From NCBI GenBank assembly GCA_951406725.2, contig OX597823.1, positions 47,678,001 to 47,742,000 of the forward strand: a DNA stretch of 64,000 bases, in the 5' to 3' direction. The translations under genes were made by a program, and so were the position numbers. The stretch comes from Octopus vulgaris. Lineage: Eukaryota. Of the stretch, positions 1 through 10,645 are shown piece by piece (the first letter of the stretch is position 1; each line of letters begins with the position of its first letter). The notes beneath the pieces are model-generated. The model had not been told where the DNA came from and did no database searches. It worked only from the letters and a program-made list of their open reading frames with translations.

Positions 1-253
1 CCATTTTTTATTTGTTATACATGGGAAAGACATACAAAACGTTAAAAAACTGGTGTTAACCAAGTGGTACGAACACGAAGATTGGAGCTACACGGTTGTG
101 GATAGTGATGATACGGGTATATTGGCGACAAGGTTAGAGGAAGAGGGTGTGTGTTGGAAGTCAGTGAAAATGAAAGATGAATGGATAGAGAGGGCTAAAA
201 GAAAAACGAATGTTGTGATAGGTGAAACAGGAATACAAATTGGAAATGGGTGA
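1..253 (+). CDS. C-terminal part of a family A ORF1-like protein (truncated by window edge)
   Basis: Matches the C-terminus of the downstream A units (...LTKWYEHEDWSY...IGETGIQIGNG). Confidence 0.85.
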   Translation, partial: HFLFVIHGKDIQNVKKLVLTKWYEHEDWSYTVVDSDDTGILATRLEEEGVCWKSVKMKDEWIERAKRKTNVVIGETGIQIGNG

Positions 254-599
254 AGAAGGACAGACAAGTGATGCTGGCGGATGGGGCCGTCGGTATCACT
301 CTCATATATCATTTTTCATATTCCATTTTGCTCATATATATGTAATTGTGATGTTCCATGTCCCCATGTCTTGTAATGTCCCCCTCTTCGTTGGCCCCTT
401 GTGGGTAATAAAAAATCACGTGGTTTTTTCGGCTCTGTGTTTTTTGCTCTCTGTGGAATTCGGTAAAAAGAAAAAAGAACAAAAAGTGAATGGTTGTTGG
501 TGTAAAATTTTGAACATAGTTGATGAGGTTTCGCGTCTCACTGGTTCTGCGCGTTACACTTTTTCGGTTCGGGAGGCCGTTTCTCGGCCGGAGGCGACT

Positions 600-1928
600 A
601 TGAGCCGCCTCCATCAAGCGGAGGAGATGGAAGGGAGAATTTACTCTGAAATTTCGACGGAAGTATCGACATCTGAGGAGGAGTTGGCGGTGAAAAAGAT
701 GGAAGGCACCTACGCAGGTGTAACGAAGAAGTCAACGGAAAGAGAGATAGACTTGGCTAAGTTGGCGGGCCTCCAGGAATTTGTGAAGGAGGACGAGAAC
801 GGTGAAGTTGAGCTGCTGCATCCAGTAGGGTGCGGAGACTGGTTCCATCGTAGAACCATTAAATATAAAGTATTTATGAATGGAGGTAGAAAGATGGAAG
901 TAATTAACATGGAAGCAATTGAAGAGGCTCTTAAGCAGACGGGAGAGGAAATTGTGTACATGACGAAAGGATTACAATACGGAACCATAACGGTGCAATT
1001 TAAAAGTGAAAAAGCAGCCAGGAATGTAGCAGCCAAGGTGGTGAGTACAGAAAAGATTTACTTGTTACCCTCGTATCTGAATAGGCGGACAACTAGAATT
1101 AGGGTGGAGGGAATACCTCCACACCTAGAGGGCGAAGTAATAACGGCTGCGGTTATAAAAGGAAATGAGGATGAGGTGGACATCCTCCACGCCAGTATGA
1201 AGTATGAAGGCGTGAGAGGTGCCACACTGGTTATGAACATTCAAACGGAGACGGATGTTATAGAGAAGATTACGGACAGCATAAAGACTGGAAATATTAT
1301 TATGAGAGTGTGGGTGGAGGGTAGGGCGCCCAGGTGCTACAAGTGTGGCCAAAGGGGTCACATAAGAGCCTACTGCCCTCCCCCACCAAAGGAAAAAGAA
1401 AAGGAAAGCGTTGAGGAAGTCTCGGGAGAGGAAGAAAATAAACAGAAACAAACAGAGAAGGAAACGACAGAAGAAGAGGAGATGCAACAAGAGTGGAAAG
1501 AAGCGGGAACAAAGAGAAAAAGAAGGAAAAAGAAAAACTGTGCGAAGCCCCAACCCACCCCGACACCACCCATACCCTTGGAGTCCCATCCTTCCCCTGC
1601 AAACAGTAATTCCACCCACTCCCCGCCTACAAGAAGAATAAAAACAGACACACAGAGCAAAGAAAGTCCCAAGACCCATTTTTTATTTGTTATACATGGG
1701 AGAGACGTACAAAACGTTAAAAAACTGGTGTTAACCAAGTGGTACGAACACGAAGATTGGAGCTACACGGCTGTGGATGGTGATGATACGGGTATATTGG
1801 CGACAAGGTTAGAGGAAGAGGGTGTGTGTTGGAAGTCAGTGGAAATGAAAGATGAATGGATAGAGAGGGCTAAAAGAAAAACGAATGTTGTGATGGTTAA
1901 AACAGGAATACTAATTGAAAATGGGTGA
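600..1928 (+). CDS. Family A ORF1/gag-like CCHC zinc-knuckle protein, 442 aa (unit 1)
   Basis: ATG at 600 (MSRLHQ). TYAGVT motif, RRM-like segment YMTKGLQYGTITVQF, knuckle CYKCGQRGHIRAYC, acidic and basic tracts. Confidence 0.85.
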   Translation: MSRLHQAEEMEGRIYSEISTEVSTSEEELAVKKMEGTYAGVTKKSTEREIDLAKLAGLQEFVKEDENGEVELLHPVGCGDWFHRRTIKYKVFMNGGRKMEVINMEAIEEALKQTGEEIVYMTKGLQYGTITVQFKSEKAARNVAAKVVSTEKIYLLPSYLNRRTTRIRVEGIPPHLEGEVITAAVIKGNEDEVDILHASMKYEGVRGATLVMNIQTETDVIEKITDSIKTGNIIMRVWVEGRAPRCYKCGQRGHIRAYCPPPPKEKEKESVEEVSGEEENKQKQTEKETTEEEEMQQEWKEAGTKRKRRKKKNCAKPQPTPTPPIPLESHPSPANSNSTHSPPTRRIKTDTQSKESPKTHFLFVIHGRDVQNVKKLVLTKWYEHEDWSYTAVDGDDTGILATRLEEEGVCWKSVEMKDEWIERAKRKTNVVMVKTGILIENG

Positions 1929-2273
1929 AGAAGGACAGATAAGTGATGCTGGCGGATGGGGCCGTCGGTATCGCTCTCATATATCATTTTCATATTCCAT
2001 TTTGCTCATATATATGTAATTGTGATGTTCCATGTCCCCATGTCTTGTAATGTCCCCCTCTTCGTTGGCCCCTTGTGGGTAATAAAAAATCACGTGGTTT
2101 TTTCGGCTCTGTGTTTTTTGCTCTCTGTGAAATTCGGTAAAAAGAAAAAAGAACAAAAAGTGAATGGTTGTTGGTGTAAAATTTTGAACATAGTTGATGA
2201 GGTTTCGCGTCTCACTGGTTCTGCGCGTTACACTTTTTCGGTTCGGGAGGCCGTTTCTCGGCCGGAGGCGACT

Positions 2274-3602
2274 ATGAGCCGCCTCCATCAAGCGGAGGAG
2301 ATGGAAGGGAGAATTTACTCTGAAATTTCGACGGAAGTATCGACATCTGAGGAAGAGTTGGCGGTGAAAAAGATGGAAGGCACCTACGCAGGTGTAACGA
2401 AGAAGTCAACGGAAAGAGAGATAGACTTGGCTAAGTTGGCGGGCCTCCAGGAATTTGTGAAGGAGGACGAGAACGGTGAAGTTGAGCTGCTGCATCCAGT
2501 AGGGTGCGGAGACTGGTTCCATCGTAGAACCATTAAATATAAAGTATTTATGAATGGAGGTAGAAAGATGGAAGTAATTAACATGGAAGCAATTGAAGAG
2601 GCTCTTAAGCAGACGGGAGAGGAAATTGTGTACATGACGAAAGGATTACAATACGGAACCATAACGGTGCAATTTAAAAGTGAAAAAGCAGCCAGGAATG
2701 TAGCAGCCAAGGTGGTGAGTACAGAAAAGATTTACTTGTTACCCTCGTATCTGAATAGGCGGACAACTAGAATTAGGGTGGAGGGAATACCTCCACACCT
2801 AGAGGGCGAAGTAATAACGGCTGCGGTTATAAAAGGAAATGAGGATAAGGTGGACATCCTCCACGCCAGTATGAAGTATGAAGGCGTGAGAGGTGCCACA
2901 CTGGTTATGAACATTCAAACGGAGGCGGATGTTATAGAGAAGATTACGGACAGCATAAAGACTGGAAATATTATTATGAGAGTGTGGGTGGAGGGTAGGG
3001 CGCCCAGGTGCTACAAGTGTGGCCAAAGGGGTCACATAAGAGCCTACTGCCCTCCCCCACCAAAGGAAAAAGAAAAGGAAAGCGTTGAGGAAGCCTCGGG
3101 AGAGGAAGAAAATAAACAGAAACAAACAGAGAAGGAAACGACAGAAGAAGAGGAGACGCAACAAGAGTGGAAAGAAGCGGGAACAAAGAGAAAAAGAAGG
3201 AAAAAGAAAAACTGTGCGAAGCCCCAACCCACCCCGACACCACCCATACCCTTGGAGTCCCATCCTTCCCCTGCAAACAGTAATTCCACCCACTCCCCGC
3301 CTACAAGAAAAATAAAAACAGACACACAGAGCAAAGAAAGTCCCAAGACCCATTTTTTATTTGTTATACATGGGAAAGACATACAAAACGTTAAAAAACT
3401 GGTGTTAACCAAGTGGTACGAACACGAAGATTGGAGCTACACGGTTGTGGATAGTGATGATACGGGTATATTGGCGACAAGGTTAGAGGAAGAGGGTGTG
3501 TGTTGGAAGTCAGTGAAAATGAAAGATGAATGGAGAGAGAGGGCTAAAAGAAAAACGAATGTTGTGATAGGTGAAACAGGAATACAAATTGGAAATGGGT
3601 GA
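2274..3602 (+). CDS. Family A ORF1-like protein, 442 aa (unit 2)
   Basis: Intact near-identical copy of unit 1. Confidence 0.85.
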   Translation: MSRLHQAEEMEGRIYSEISTEVSTSEEELAVKKMEGTYAGVTKKSTEREIDLAKLAGLQEFVKEDENGEVELLHPVGCGDWFHRRTIKYKVFMNGGRKMEVINMEAIEEALKQTGEEIVYMTKGLQYGTITVQFKSEKAARNVAAKVVSTEKIYLLPSYLNRRTTRIRVEGIPPHLEGEVITAAVIKGNEDKVDILHASMKYEGVRGATLVMNIQTEADVIEKITDSIKTGNIIMRVWVEGRAPRCYKCGQRGHIRAYCPPPPKEKEKESVEEASGEEENKQKQTEKETTEEEETQQEWKEAGTKRKRRKKKNCAKPQPTPTPPIPLESHPSPANSNSTHSPPTRKIKTDTQSKESPKTHFLFVIHGKDIQNVKKLVLTKWYEHEDWSYTVVDSDDTGILATRLEEEGVCWKSVKMKDEWRERAKRKTNVVIGETGIQIGNG

Positions 3603-3947
3603 AGAAGGACAGACAAGTGATGCTGGCGGATGGGGCCGTCGGTATCACTCTCATATATCATTTTTCATATTCCATTTTGCTCATATATATGTAATTGTGA
3701 TGTTCCATGTCCCCATGTCTTGTAATGTCCCCCTCTTCGTTGGCCCCTTGTGGGTAATAAAAAATCACGTGGTTTTTCGGCTCTGTGTTTTTTGCTCTCT
3801 GTGAAATTCGGTAAAAAGAAAAAAGAACAAAAAGTGAATGGTTGTTGGTGTAAAATTTTGAACATAGTTGATGAGGTTTCGCGTCTCACTGGTTCTGCGC
3901 GTTACACTTTTTCGGTTCGGGAGGCCGTTTCTCGGCCGGAGGCGACT

Positions 3948-5276
3948 ATGAGCCGCCTCCATCAAGCGGAGGAGATGGAAGGGAGAATTTACTCTGAAAT
4001 TTCGACGGAAGTATCGACATCTGAGGAGGAGTTGGCGGTGAAAAAGATGGAAGGCACCTACGCAGGTGTAACGAAGAAGTCAACGGAAAGAGAGATAGAC
4101 TTGGCTAAGTTGGCGGGCCTCCAGGAATTTGTGAAGGAGGACGAGAACGGTGAAGTTGAGCTGCTGCATCCAGTAGGGTGCGGAGACTGGTTCCATCGTA
4201 GAACCATTAAATATAAAGTATTTATGAATGGAGGTAGAAAGATGGAAGTAATTAACATGGAAGCAATTGAAGAGGCTCTTAAGCAGACGGGAGAGGAAAT
4301 TGTGTACATGACGAAAGGATTACAATACGGAACCATAACGGTGCAATTTAAAAGTGAAAAAGCAGCCAGGAATGTAGCAGCCAAGGTGGTGAGTACAGAA
4401 AAGATTTACTTGTTACCCTCGTATCTGAATAGGCGGACAACTAGAATTAGGGTGGAGGGAATACCTCCACACCTAGAGGGCGAAGTAATAACGGCTGCGG
4501 TTATAAAAGGAAATGAGGATAAGGTGGACATCCTCCACGCCAGTATGAAGTATGAAGGCGTGAGAGGTGCCACACTGGTTATGAACATTCAAACGGAGGC
4601 GGATGTTATAGAGAAGATTACGGACAGCATAAAGACTGGAAATATTATTATGAGAGTGTGGGTGGAGGGTAGGGCGCCCAGGTGCTACAAGTGTGGCCAA
4701 AGGGGTCACATAAGAGCCTACTGCCCTCCCCCACCAAAGGAAAAAGAAAAGGAAAGCGTTGAGGAAGCCTCGGGAGAGGAAGAAAATAAACAGAAACAAA
4801 CAGAGAAGGAAACGACAGAAGAAGAGGAGACGCAACAAGAGTGGAAAGAAGCGGGAACAAAGAGAAAAAGAAGGAAAAAGAAAAACTGTGCGAAGCCCCA
4901 ACCCACCCCGACACCACCCATACCCTTGGAGTCCCATCCTTCCCCTGCAAACAGTAATTCCACCCACTCCCCGCCTACAAGAAAAATAAAAACAGACACA
5001 CAGAGCAAAGAAAGTCCCAAGACCCATTTTTTATTTGTTATACATGGGAAAGACATACAAAACGTTAAAAAACTGGTGTTAACCAAGTGGTACGAACACG
5101 AAGATTGGAGCTACACGGTTGTGGATAGTGATGATACGGGTATATTGGCGACAAGGTTAGAGGAAGAGGGTGTGTGTTGGAAGTCAGTGAAAATGAAAGA
5201 TGAATGGATAGAGAGGGCTAAAAGAAAAACGAATGTTGTGATAGGTGAAACAGGAATACAAATTGGAAATGGGTGA
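3948..5276 (+). CDS. Family A ORF1-like protein, 442 aa (unit 3)
   Basis: Intact copy. Confidence 0.85.
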   Translation: MSRLHQAEEMEGRIYSEISTEVSTSEEELAVKKMEGTYAGVTKKSTEREIDLAKLAGLQEFVKEDENGEVELLHPVGCGDWFHRRTIKYKVFMNGGRKMEVINMEAIEEALKQTGEEIVYMTKGLQYGTITVQFKSEKAARNVAAKVVSTEKIYLLPSYLNRRTTRIRVEGIPPHLEGEVITAAVIKGNEDKVDILHASMKYEGVRGATLVMNIQTEADVIEKITDSIKTGNIIMRVWVEGRAPRCYKCGQRGHIRAYCPPPPKEKEKESVEEASGEEENKQKQTEKETTEEEETQQEWKEAGTKRKRRKKKNCAKPQPTPTPPIPLESHPSPANSNSTHSPPTRKIKTDTQSKESPKTHFLFVIHGKDIQNVKKLVLTKWYEHEDWSYTVVDSDDTGILATRLEEEGVCWKSVKMKDEWIERAKRKTNVVIGETGIQIGNG

Positions 5277-5621
5277 AGAAGGACAGACAAGTGATGCTGG
5301 CGGATGGGGCCGTCGGTATCACTCTCATATATCATTTTTCATATTCCATTTTGCTCATATATATGTAATTGTGATGTTCCATGTCCCCATGTCTTGTAAT
5401 GTCCCCCTCTTCGTTGGCCCCTTGTGGGTAATAAAAAATCACGTGGTTTTTCGGCTCTGTGTTTTTTGCTCTCTGTGAAATTCGGTAAAAAGAAAAAAGA
5501 ACAAAAAGTGAATGGTTGTTGGTGTAAAATTTTGAACATAGTTGATGAGGTTTCGCGTCTCACTGGTTCTGCGCGTTACACTTTTTCGGTTCGGGAGGCC
5601 GTTTCTCGGCCGGAGGCGACT

Positions 5622-6950
5622 ATGAGCCGCCTCCATCAAGCGGAGGAGATGGAAGGGAGAATTTACTCTGAAATTTCGACGGAAGTATCGACATCTGAGG
5701 AGGAGTTGGCGGTGAAAAAGATGGAAGGCACCTACGCAGGTGTAACGAAGAAGTCAACGGAAAGAGAGATAGACTTGGCTAAGTTGGCGGGCCTCCAGGA
5801 ATTTGTGAAGGAGGACGAGAACGGTGAAGTTGAGCTGCTGCATCCAGTAGGGTGCGGAGACTGGTTCCATCGTAGAACCATTAAATATAAAGTATTTATG
5901 AATGGAGGTAGAAAGATGGAAGTAATTAACATGGAAGCAATTGAAGAGGCTCTTAAGCAGACGGGAGAGGAAATTGTGTACATGACGAAAGGATTACAAT
6001 ACGGAACCATAACGGTGCAATTTAAAAGTGAAAAAGCAGCCAGGAATGTAGCAGCCAAGGTGGTGAGTACAGAAAAGATTTACTTGTTACCCTCGTATCT
6101 GAATAGGCGGACAACTAGAATTAGGGTGGAGGGAATACCTCCACACCTAGAGGGCGAAGTAATAACGGCTGCGGTTATAAAAGGAAATGAGGATAAGGTG
6201 GACATCCTCCACGCCAGTATGAAGTATGAAGGCGTGAGAGGTGCCACACTGGTTATGAACATTCAAACGGAGGCGGATGTTATAGAGAAGATTACGGACA
6301 GCATAAAGACTGGAAATATTATTATGAGAGTGTGGGTGGAGGGTAGGGCGCCCAGGTGCTACAAGTGTGGCCAAAGGGGTCACATAAGAGCCTACTGCCC
6401 TCCCCCACCAAAGGAAAAAGAAAAGGAAAGCGTTGAGGAAGCCTCGGGAGAGGAAGAAAATAAACAGAAACAAACAGAGAAGGAAACGACAGAAGAAGAG
6501 GAGATGCAACAAGAGTGGAAAGAAGCGGGAACAAAGAGAAAAAGAAGGAAAAAGAAAAACTGTGCGAAGCCCCAACCCACCCCGACACCACCCATACCCT
6601 TGGAGTCCCATCCTTCCCCTGCAAACAGTAATACCACCCACTCCCCGCCTACAAGAAAAATAAAAACAGACACACAGAGCAAAGAAAGTCCCAAGACCCA
6701 TTTTTTATTTGTTATACATGGGAAAGACATACAAAACGTTAAAAAACTGGTGTTAACCAAGTGGTACGAACACGAAGATTGGAGCTACACGGTTGTGGAT
6801 AGTGATGATACGGGTATATTGGCGACAAGGTTAGAGGAAGAGGGTGTGTGTTGGAAGTCAGTGAAAATGAAAGATGAATGGATAGAGAGGGCTAAAAGAA
6901 AAACGAATGTTGTGATAGGTGAAACAGGAATACAAATTGGAAATGGGTGA
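5622..6950 (+). CDS. Family A ORF1-like protein, 442 aa (unit 4)
   Basis: Intact copy. Confidence 0.85.
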   Translation: MSRLHQAEEMEGRIYSEISTEVSTSEEELAVKKMEGTYAGVTKKSTEREIDLAKLAGLQEFVKEDENGEVELLHPVGCGDWFHRRTIKYKVFMNGGRKMEVINMEAIEEALKQTGEEIVYMTKGLQYGTITVQFKSEKAARNVAAKVVSTEKIYLLPSYLNRRTTRIRVEGIPPHLEGEVITAAVIKGNEDKVDILHASMKYEGVRGATLVMNIQTEADVIEKITDSIKTGNIIMRVWVEGRAPRCYKCGQRGHIRAYCPPPPKEKEKESVEEASGEEENKQKQTEKETTEEEEMQQEWKEAGTKRKRRKKKNCAKPQPTPTPPIPLESHPSPANSNTTHSPPTRKIKTDTQSKESPKTHFLFVIHGKDIQNVKKLVLTKWYEHEDWSYTVVDSDDTGILATRLEEEGVCWKSVKMKDEWIERAKRKTNVVIGETGIQIGNG

Positions 6951-7296
6951 AGAAGGACAGACAAGTGATGCTGGCGGATGGGGCCGTCGGTATCACTCTC
7001 ATATATCATTTTTCATATTCCATTTTGCTCATATATATGTAATTGTGATGTTCCATGTCCCCATGTCTTGTAATGTCCCCCTCTTCGTTGGCCCCTTGTG
7101 GGTAATAAAAAATCACGTGGTTTTTTCGGCTCTGTGTTTTTTGCTCTCTGTGGAATTCGGTAAAAAGAAAAAAGAACAAAAAGTGAATGGTTGTTGGTGT
7201 AAAATTTTGAACATAGTTGATGAGGTTTCGCGTCTCACTGGTTCTGCGCGTTACACTTTTTCGGTTCGGGAGGCCGTTTCTCGGCCGGAGGCGACT

Positions 7297-8625
7297 ATGA
7301 GCCGCCTCCATCAAGCGGAGGAGATGGAAGGGAGAATTTACTCTGAAATTTCGACGGAAGTATCGACATCTGAGGAGGAGTTGGCGGTGAAAAAGATGGA
7401 AGGCACCTACGCAGGTGTAACGAAGAAGTCAACGGAAAGAGAGATAGACTTGGCTAAGTTGGCGGGCCTCCAGGAATTTGTGAAGGAGGACGAGAACGGT
7501 GAAGTTGAGCTGCTGCATCCAGTAGGGTGCGGAGACTGGTTCCATCGTAGAACCATTAAATATAAAGTATTTATGAATGGAGGTAGAAAGATGGAAGTAA
7601 TTAACATGGAAGCAATTGAAGAGGCTCTTAAGCAGACGGGAGAGGAAATTGTGTACATGACGAAAGGATTACAATACGGAACCATAACGGTGCAATTTAA
7701 AAGTGAAAAAGCAGCCAGGAATGTAGCAGCCAAGGTGGTGAGTACAGAAAAGATTTACTTGTTACCCTCGTATCTGAATAGGCGGACAACTAGAATTAGG
7801 GTGGAGGGAATACCTCCACACCTAGAGGGCGAAGTAATAACGGCTGCGGTTATAAAAGGAAATGAGGATGAGGTGGACATCCTCCACGCCAGTATGAAGT
7901 ATGAAGGCGTGAGAGGTGCCACACTGGTTATGAACATTCAAACGGAGACGGATGTTATAGAGAAGATTACGGACAGCATAAAGACTGGAAATATTATTAT
8001 GAGAGTGTGGGTGGAGGGTAGGGCGCCCAGGTGCTACAAGTGTGGCCAAAGGGGTCACATAAGAGCCTACTGCCCTCCCCCACCAAAGGAAAAAGAAAAG
8101 GAAAGCGTTGAGGAAGTCTCGGGAGAGGAAGAAAATAAACAGAAACAAACAGAGAAGGAAACGACAGAAGAAGAGGAGATGCAACAAGAGTGGAAAGAAG
8201 CGGGAACAAAGAGAAAAAGAAGGAAAAAGAAAAACTGTGCGAAGCCCCAACCCACCCCGACACCACCCATACCCTTGGAGTCCCATCCTTCCCCTGCAAA
8301 CAGTAATTCCACCCACTCCCCGCCTACAAGAAGAATAAAAACAGACACACAGAGCAAAGAAAGTCCCAAGACCCATTTTTTATTTGTTATACATGGGAGA
8401 GACGTACAAAACGTTAAAAAACTGGTGTTAACCAAGTGGTACGAACACGAAGATTGGAGCTACACGGCTGTGGATGGTGATGATACGGGTATATTGGCGA
8501 CAAGGTTAGAGGAAGAGGGTGTGTGTTGGAAGTCAGTGGAAATGAAAGATGAATGGATAGAGAGGGCTAAAAGAAAAACGAATGTTGTGATGGTTAAAAC
8601 AGGAATACTAATTGAAAATGGGTGA
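7297..8625 (+). CDS. Family A ORF1-like protein, 442 aa (unit 5; same variant as unit 1)
   Basis: Intact; translation identical to unit 1 in the ORF track. Confidence 0.85.
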   Translation: MSRLHQAEEMEGRIYSEISTEVSTSEEELAVKKMEGTYAGVTKKSTEREIDLAKLAGLQEFVKEDENGEVELLHPVGCGDWFHRRTIKYKVFMNGGRKMEVINMEAIEEALKQTGEEIVYMTKGLQYGTITVQFKSEKAARNVAAKVVSTEKIYLLPSYLNRRTTRIRVEGIPPHLEGEVITAAVIKGNEDEVDILHASMKYEGVRGATLVMNIQTETDVIEKITDSIKTGNIIMRVWVEGRAPRCYKCGQRGHIRAYCPPPPKEKEKESVEEVSGEEENKQKQTEKETTEEEEMQQEWKEAGTKRKRRKKKNCAKPQPTPTPPIPLESHPSPANSNSTHSPPTRRIKTDTQSKESPKTHFLFVIHGRDVQNVKKLVLTKWYEHEDWSYTAVDGDDTGILATRLEEEGVCWKSVEMKDEWIERAKRKTNVVMVKTGILIENG

Positions 8626-8970
8626 AGAAGGACAGATAAGTGATGCTGGCGGATGGGGCCGTCGGTATCGCTCTCATATATCATTTTCATATTCCATTTT
8701 GCTCATATATATGTAATTGTGATGTTCCATGTCCCCATGTCTTGTAATGTCCCCCTCTTCGTTGGCCCCTTGTGGGTAATAAAAAATCACGTGGTTTTTT
8801 CGGCTCTGTGTTTTTTGCTCTCTGTGAAATTCGGTAAAAAGAAAAAAGAACAAAAAGTGAATGGTTGTTGGTGTAAAATTTTGAACATAGTTGATGAGGT
8901 TTCGCGTCTCACTGGTTCTGCGCGTTACACTTTTTCGGTTCGGGAGGCCGTTTCTCGGCCGGAGGCGACT

Positions 8971-10299
8971 ATGAGCCGCCTCCATCAAGCGGAGGAGATG
9001 GAAGGGAGAATTTACTCTGAAATTTCGACGGAAGTATCGACATCTGAGGAAGAGTTGGCGGTGAAAAAGATGGAAGGCACCTACGCAGGTGTAACGAAGA
9101 AGTCAACGGAAAGAGAGATAGACTTGGCTAAGTTGGCGGGCCTCCAGGAATTTGTGAAGGAGGACGAGAACGGTGAAGTTGAGCTGCTGCATCCAGTAGG
9201 GTGCGGAGACTGGTTCCATCGTAGAACCATTAAATATAAAGTATTTATGAATGGAGGTAGAAAGATGGAAGTAATTAACATGGAAGCAATTGAAGAGGCT
9301 CTTAAGCAGACGGGAGAGGAAATTGTGTACATGACGAAAGGATTACAATACGGAACCATAACGGTGCAATTTAAAAGTGAAAAAGCAGCCAGGAATGTAG
9401 CAGCCAAGGTGGTGAGTACAGAAAAGATTTACTTGTTACCCTCGTATCTGAATAGGCGGACAACTAGAATTAGGGTGGAGGGAATACCTCCACACCTAGA
9501 GGGCGAAGTAATAACGGCTGCGGTTATAAAAGGAAATGAGGATAAGGTGGACATCCTCCACGCCAGTATGAAGTATGAAGGCGTGAGAGGTGCCACACTG
9601 GTTATGAACGTTCAAACGGAGGCGGATGTTATAGAGAAGATTACGGACAGCATAAAGACTGGAAATATTATTATGAGAGTGTGGGTGGAGGGTAGGGCGC
9701 CCAGGTGCTACAAGTGTGGCCAAAGGGGTCACATAAGAGCCTACTGCCCTCCCCCACCAAAGGAAAAAGAAAAGGAAAGCGTTGAGGAAGCCTCGGGAGA
9801 GGAAGAAAATAAACAGAAACAAACAGAGAAGGAAACGACAGAAGAAGAGGAGATGCAACAAGAGTGGAAAGAAGCGGGAACAAAGAGAAAAAGAAGGAAA
9901 AAGAAAAACTGTGCGAAGCCCCAACCCACCCCGACACCACCCATACCCTTGGAGTCCCATCCTTCCCCTGCAAACAGTAATTCCTCCCACTCCCCGCCTA
10001 CAAGAAAAATAAAAACAGACACACAGAGCAAAGAAAGTCCCAAGACCCATTTTTTATTTGTTATACATGGGAAAGACATACAAAACGTTAAAAAACTGGT
10101 GTTAACCAAGTGGTACGAACACGAAGATTGGAGCTACACGGTTGTGGATAGTGATGATACGGGTATATTGGCGACAAGGTTAGAGGAAGAGGGTGTGTGT
10201 TGGAAGTCAGTGAAAATGAAAGATGAATGGAGAGAGAGGGCTAAAAGAAAAACGAATGTTGTGATAGGTGAAACAGGAATACAAATTGGAAATGGGTGA
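8971..10299 (+). CDS. Family A ORF1-like protein, 442 aa (unit 6)
   Basis: Intact copy. Confidence 0.85.
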   Translation: MSRLHQAEEMEGRIYSEISTEVSTSEEELAVKKMEGTYAGVTKKSTEREIDLAKLAGLQEFVKEDENGEVELLHPVGCGDWFHRRTIKYKVFMNGGRKMEVINMEAIEEALKQTGEEIVYMTKGLQYGTITVQFKSEKAARNVAAKVVSTEKIYLLPSYLNRRTTRIRVEGIPPHLEGEVITAAVIKGNEDKVDILHASMKYEGVRGATLVMNVQTEADVIEKITDSIKTGNIIMRVWVEGRAPRCYKCGQRGHIRAYCPPPPKEKEKESVEEASGEEENKQKQTEKETTEEEEMQQEWKEAGTKRKRRKKKNCAKPQPTPTPPIPLESHPSPANSNSSHSPPTRKIKTDTQSKESPKTHFLFVIHGKDIQNVKKLVLTKWYEHEDWSYTVVDSDDTGILATRLEEEGVCWKSVKMKDEWRERAKRKTNVVIGETGIQIGNG

Positions 10300-10645
10300 A
10301 GAAGGACAGACAAGTGATGCTGGCGGATGGGGCCGTCGGTATCACTCTCATATATCATTTTTCATATTCCATTTTGCTCATATATATGTAATTGTGATGT
10401 TCCATGTCCCCATGTCTTGTAATGTCCCCCTCTTCGTTGGCCCCTTGTGGGTAATAAAAAATCACGTGGTTTTTTCGGCTCTGTGTTTTTTGCTCTCTGT
10501 GAAATTCGGTAAAAAGAAAAAAGAACAAAAAGTGAATGGTTGTTGGTGTAAAATTTTGAACATAGTTGATGAGGTTTCGCGTCTCACTGGTTCTGCGCGT
10601 TACACTTTTTCGGTTCGGGAGGCCGTTTCTCGGCCGGAGGCGACT

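Noticed and set aside
375-412. Terminal motif GTCCCCCTCTTCGTTGGCCCCTTGTGGGTAA looks superficially like an HDV-type ribozyme
   Set aside because: No downstream P2 partner (GGGAC) or J4/2 catalytic strand, and the candidate P1 pairing GGGGCC/GGCCCC is not kept in D units or the LINE.
222-599. N-terminal extensions of the 508-568 aa track ORFs upstream of MSRLHQ
   Set aside because: They start at non-ATG or inconsistent codons, cross the unit junction and are broken by indels in several copies.
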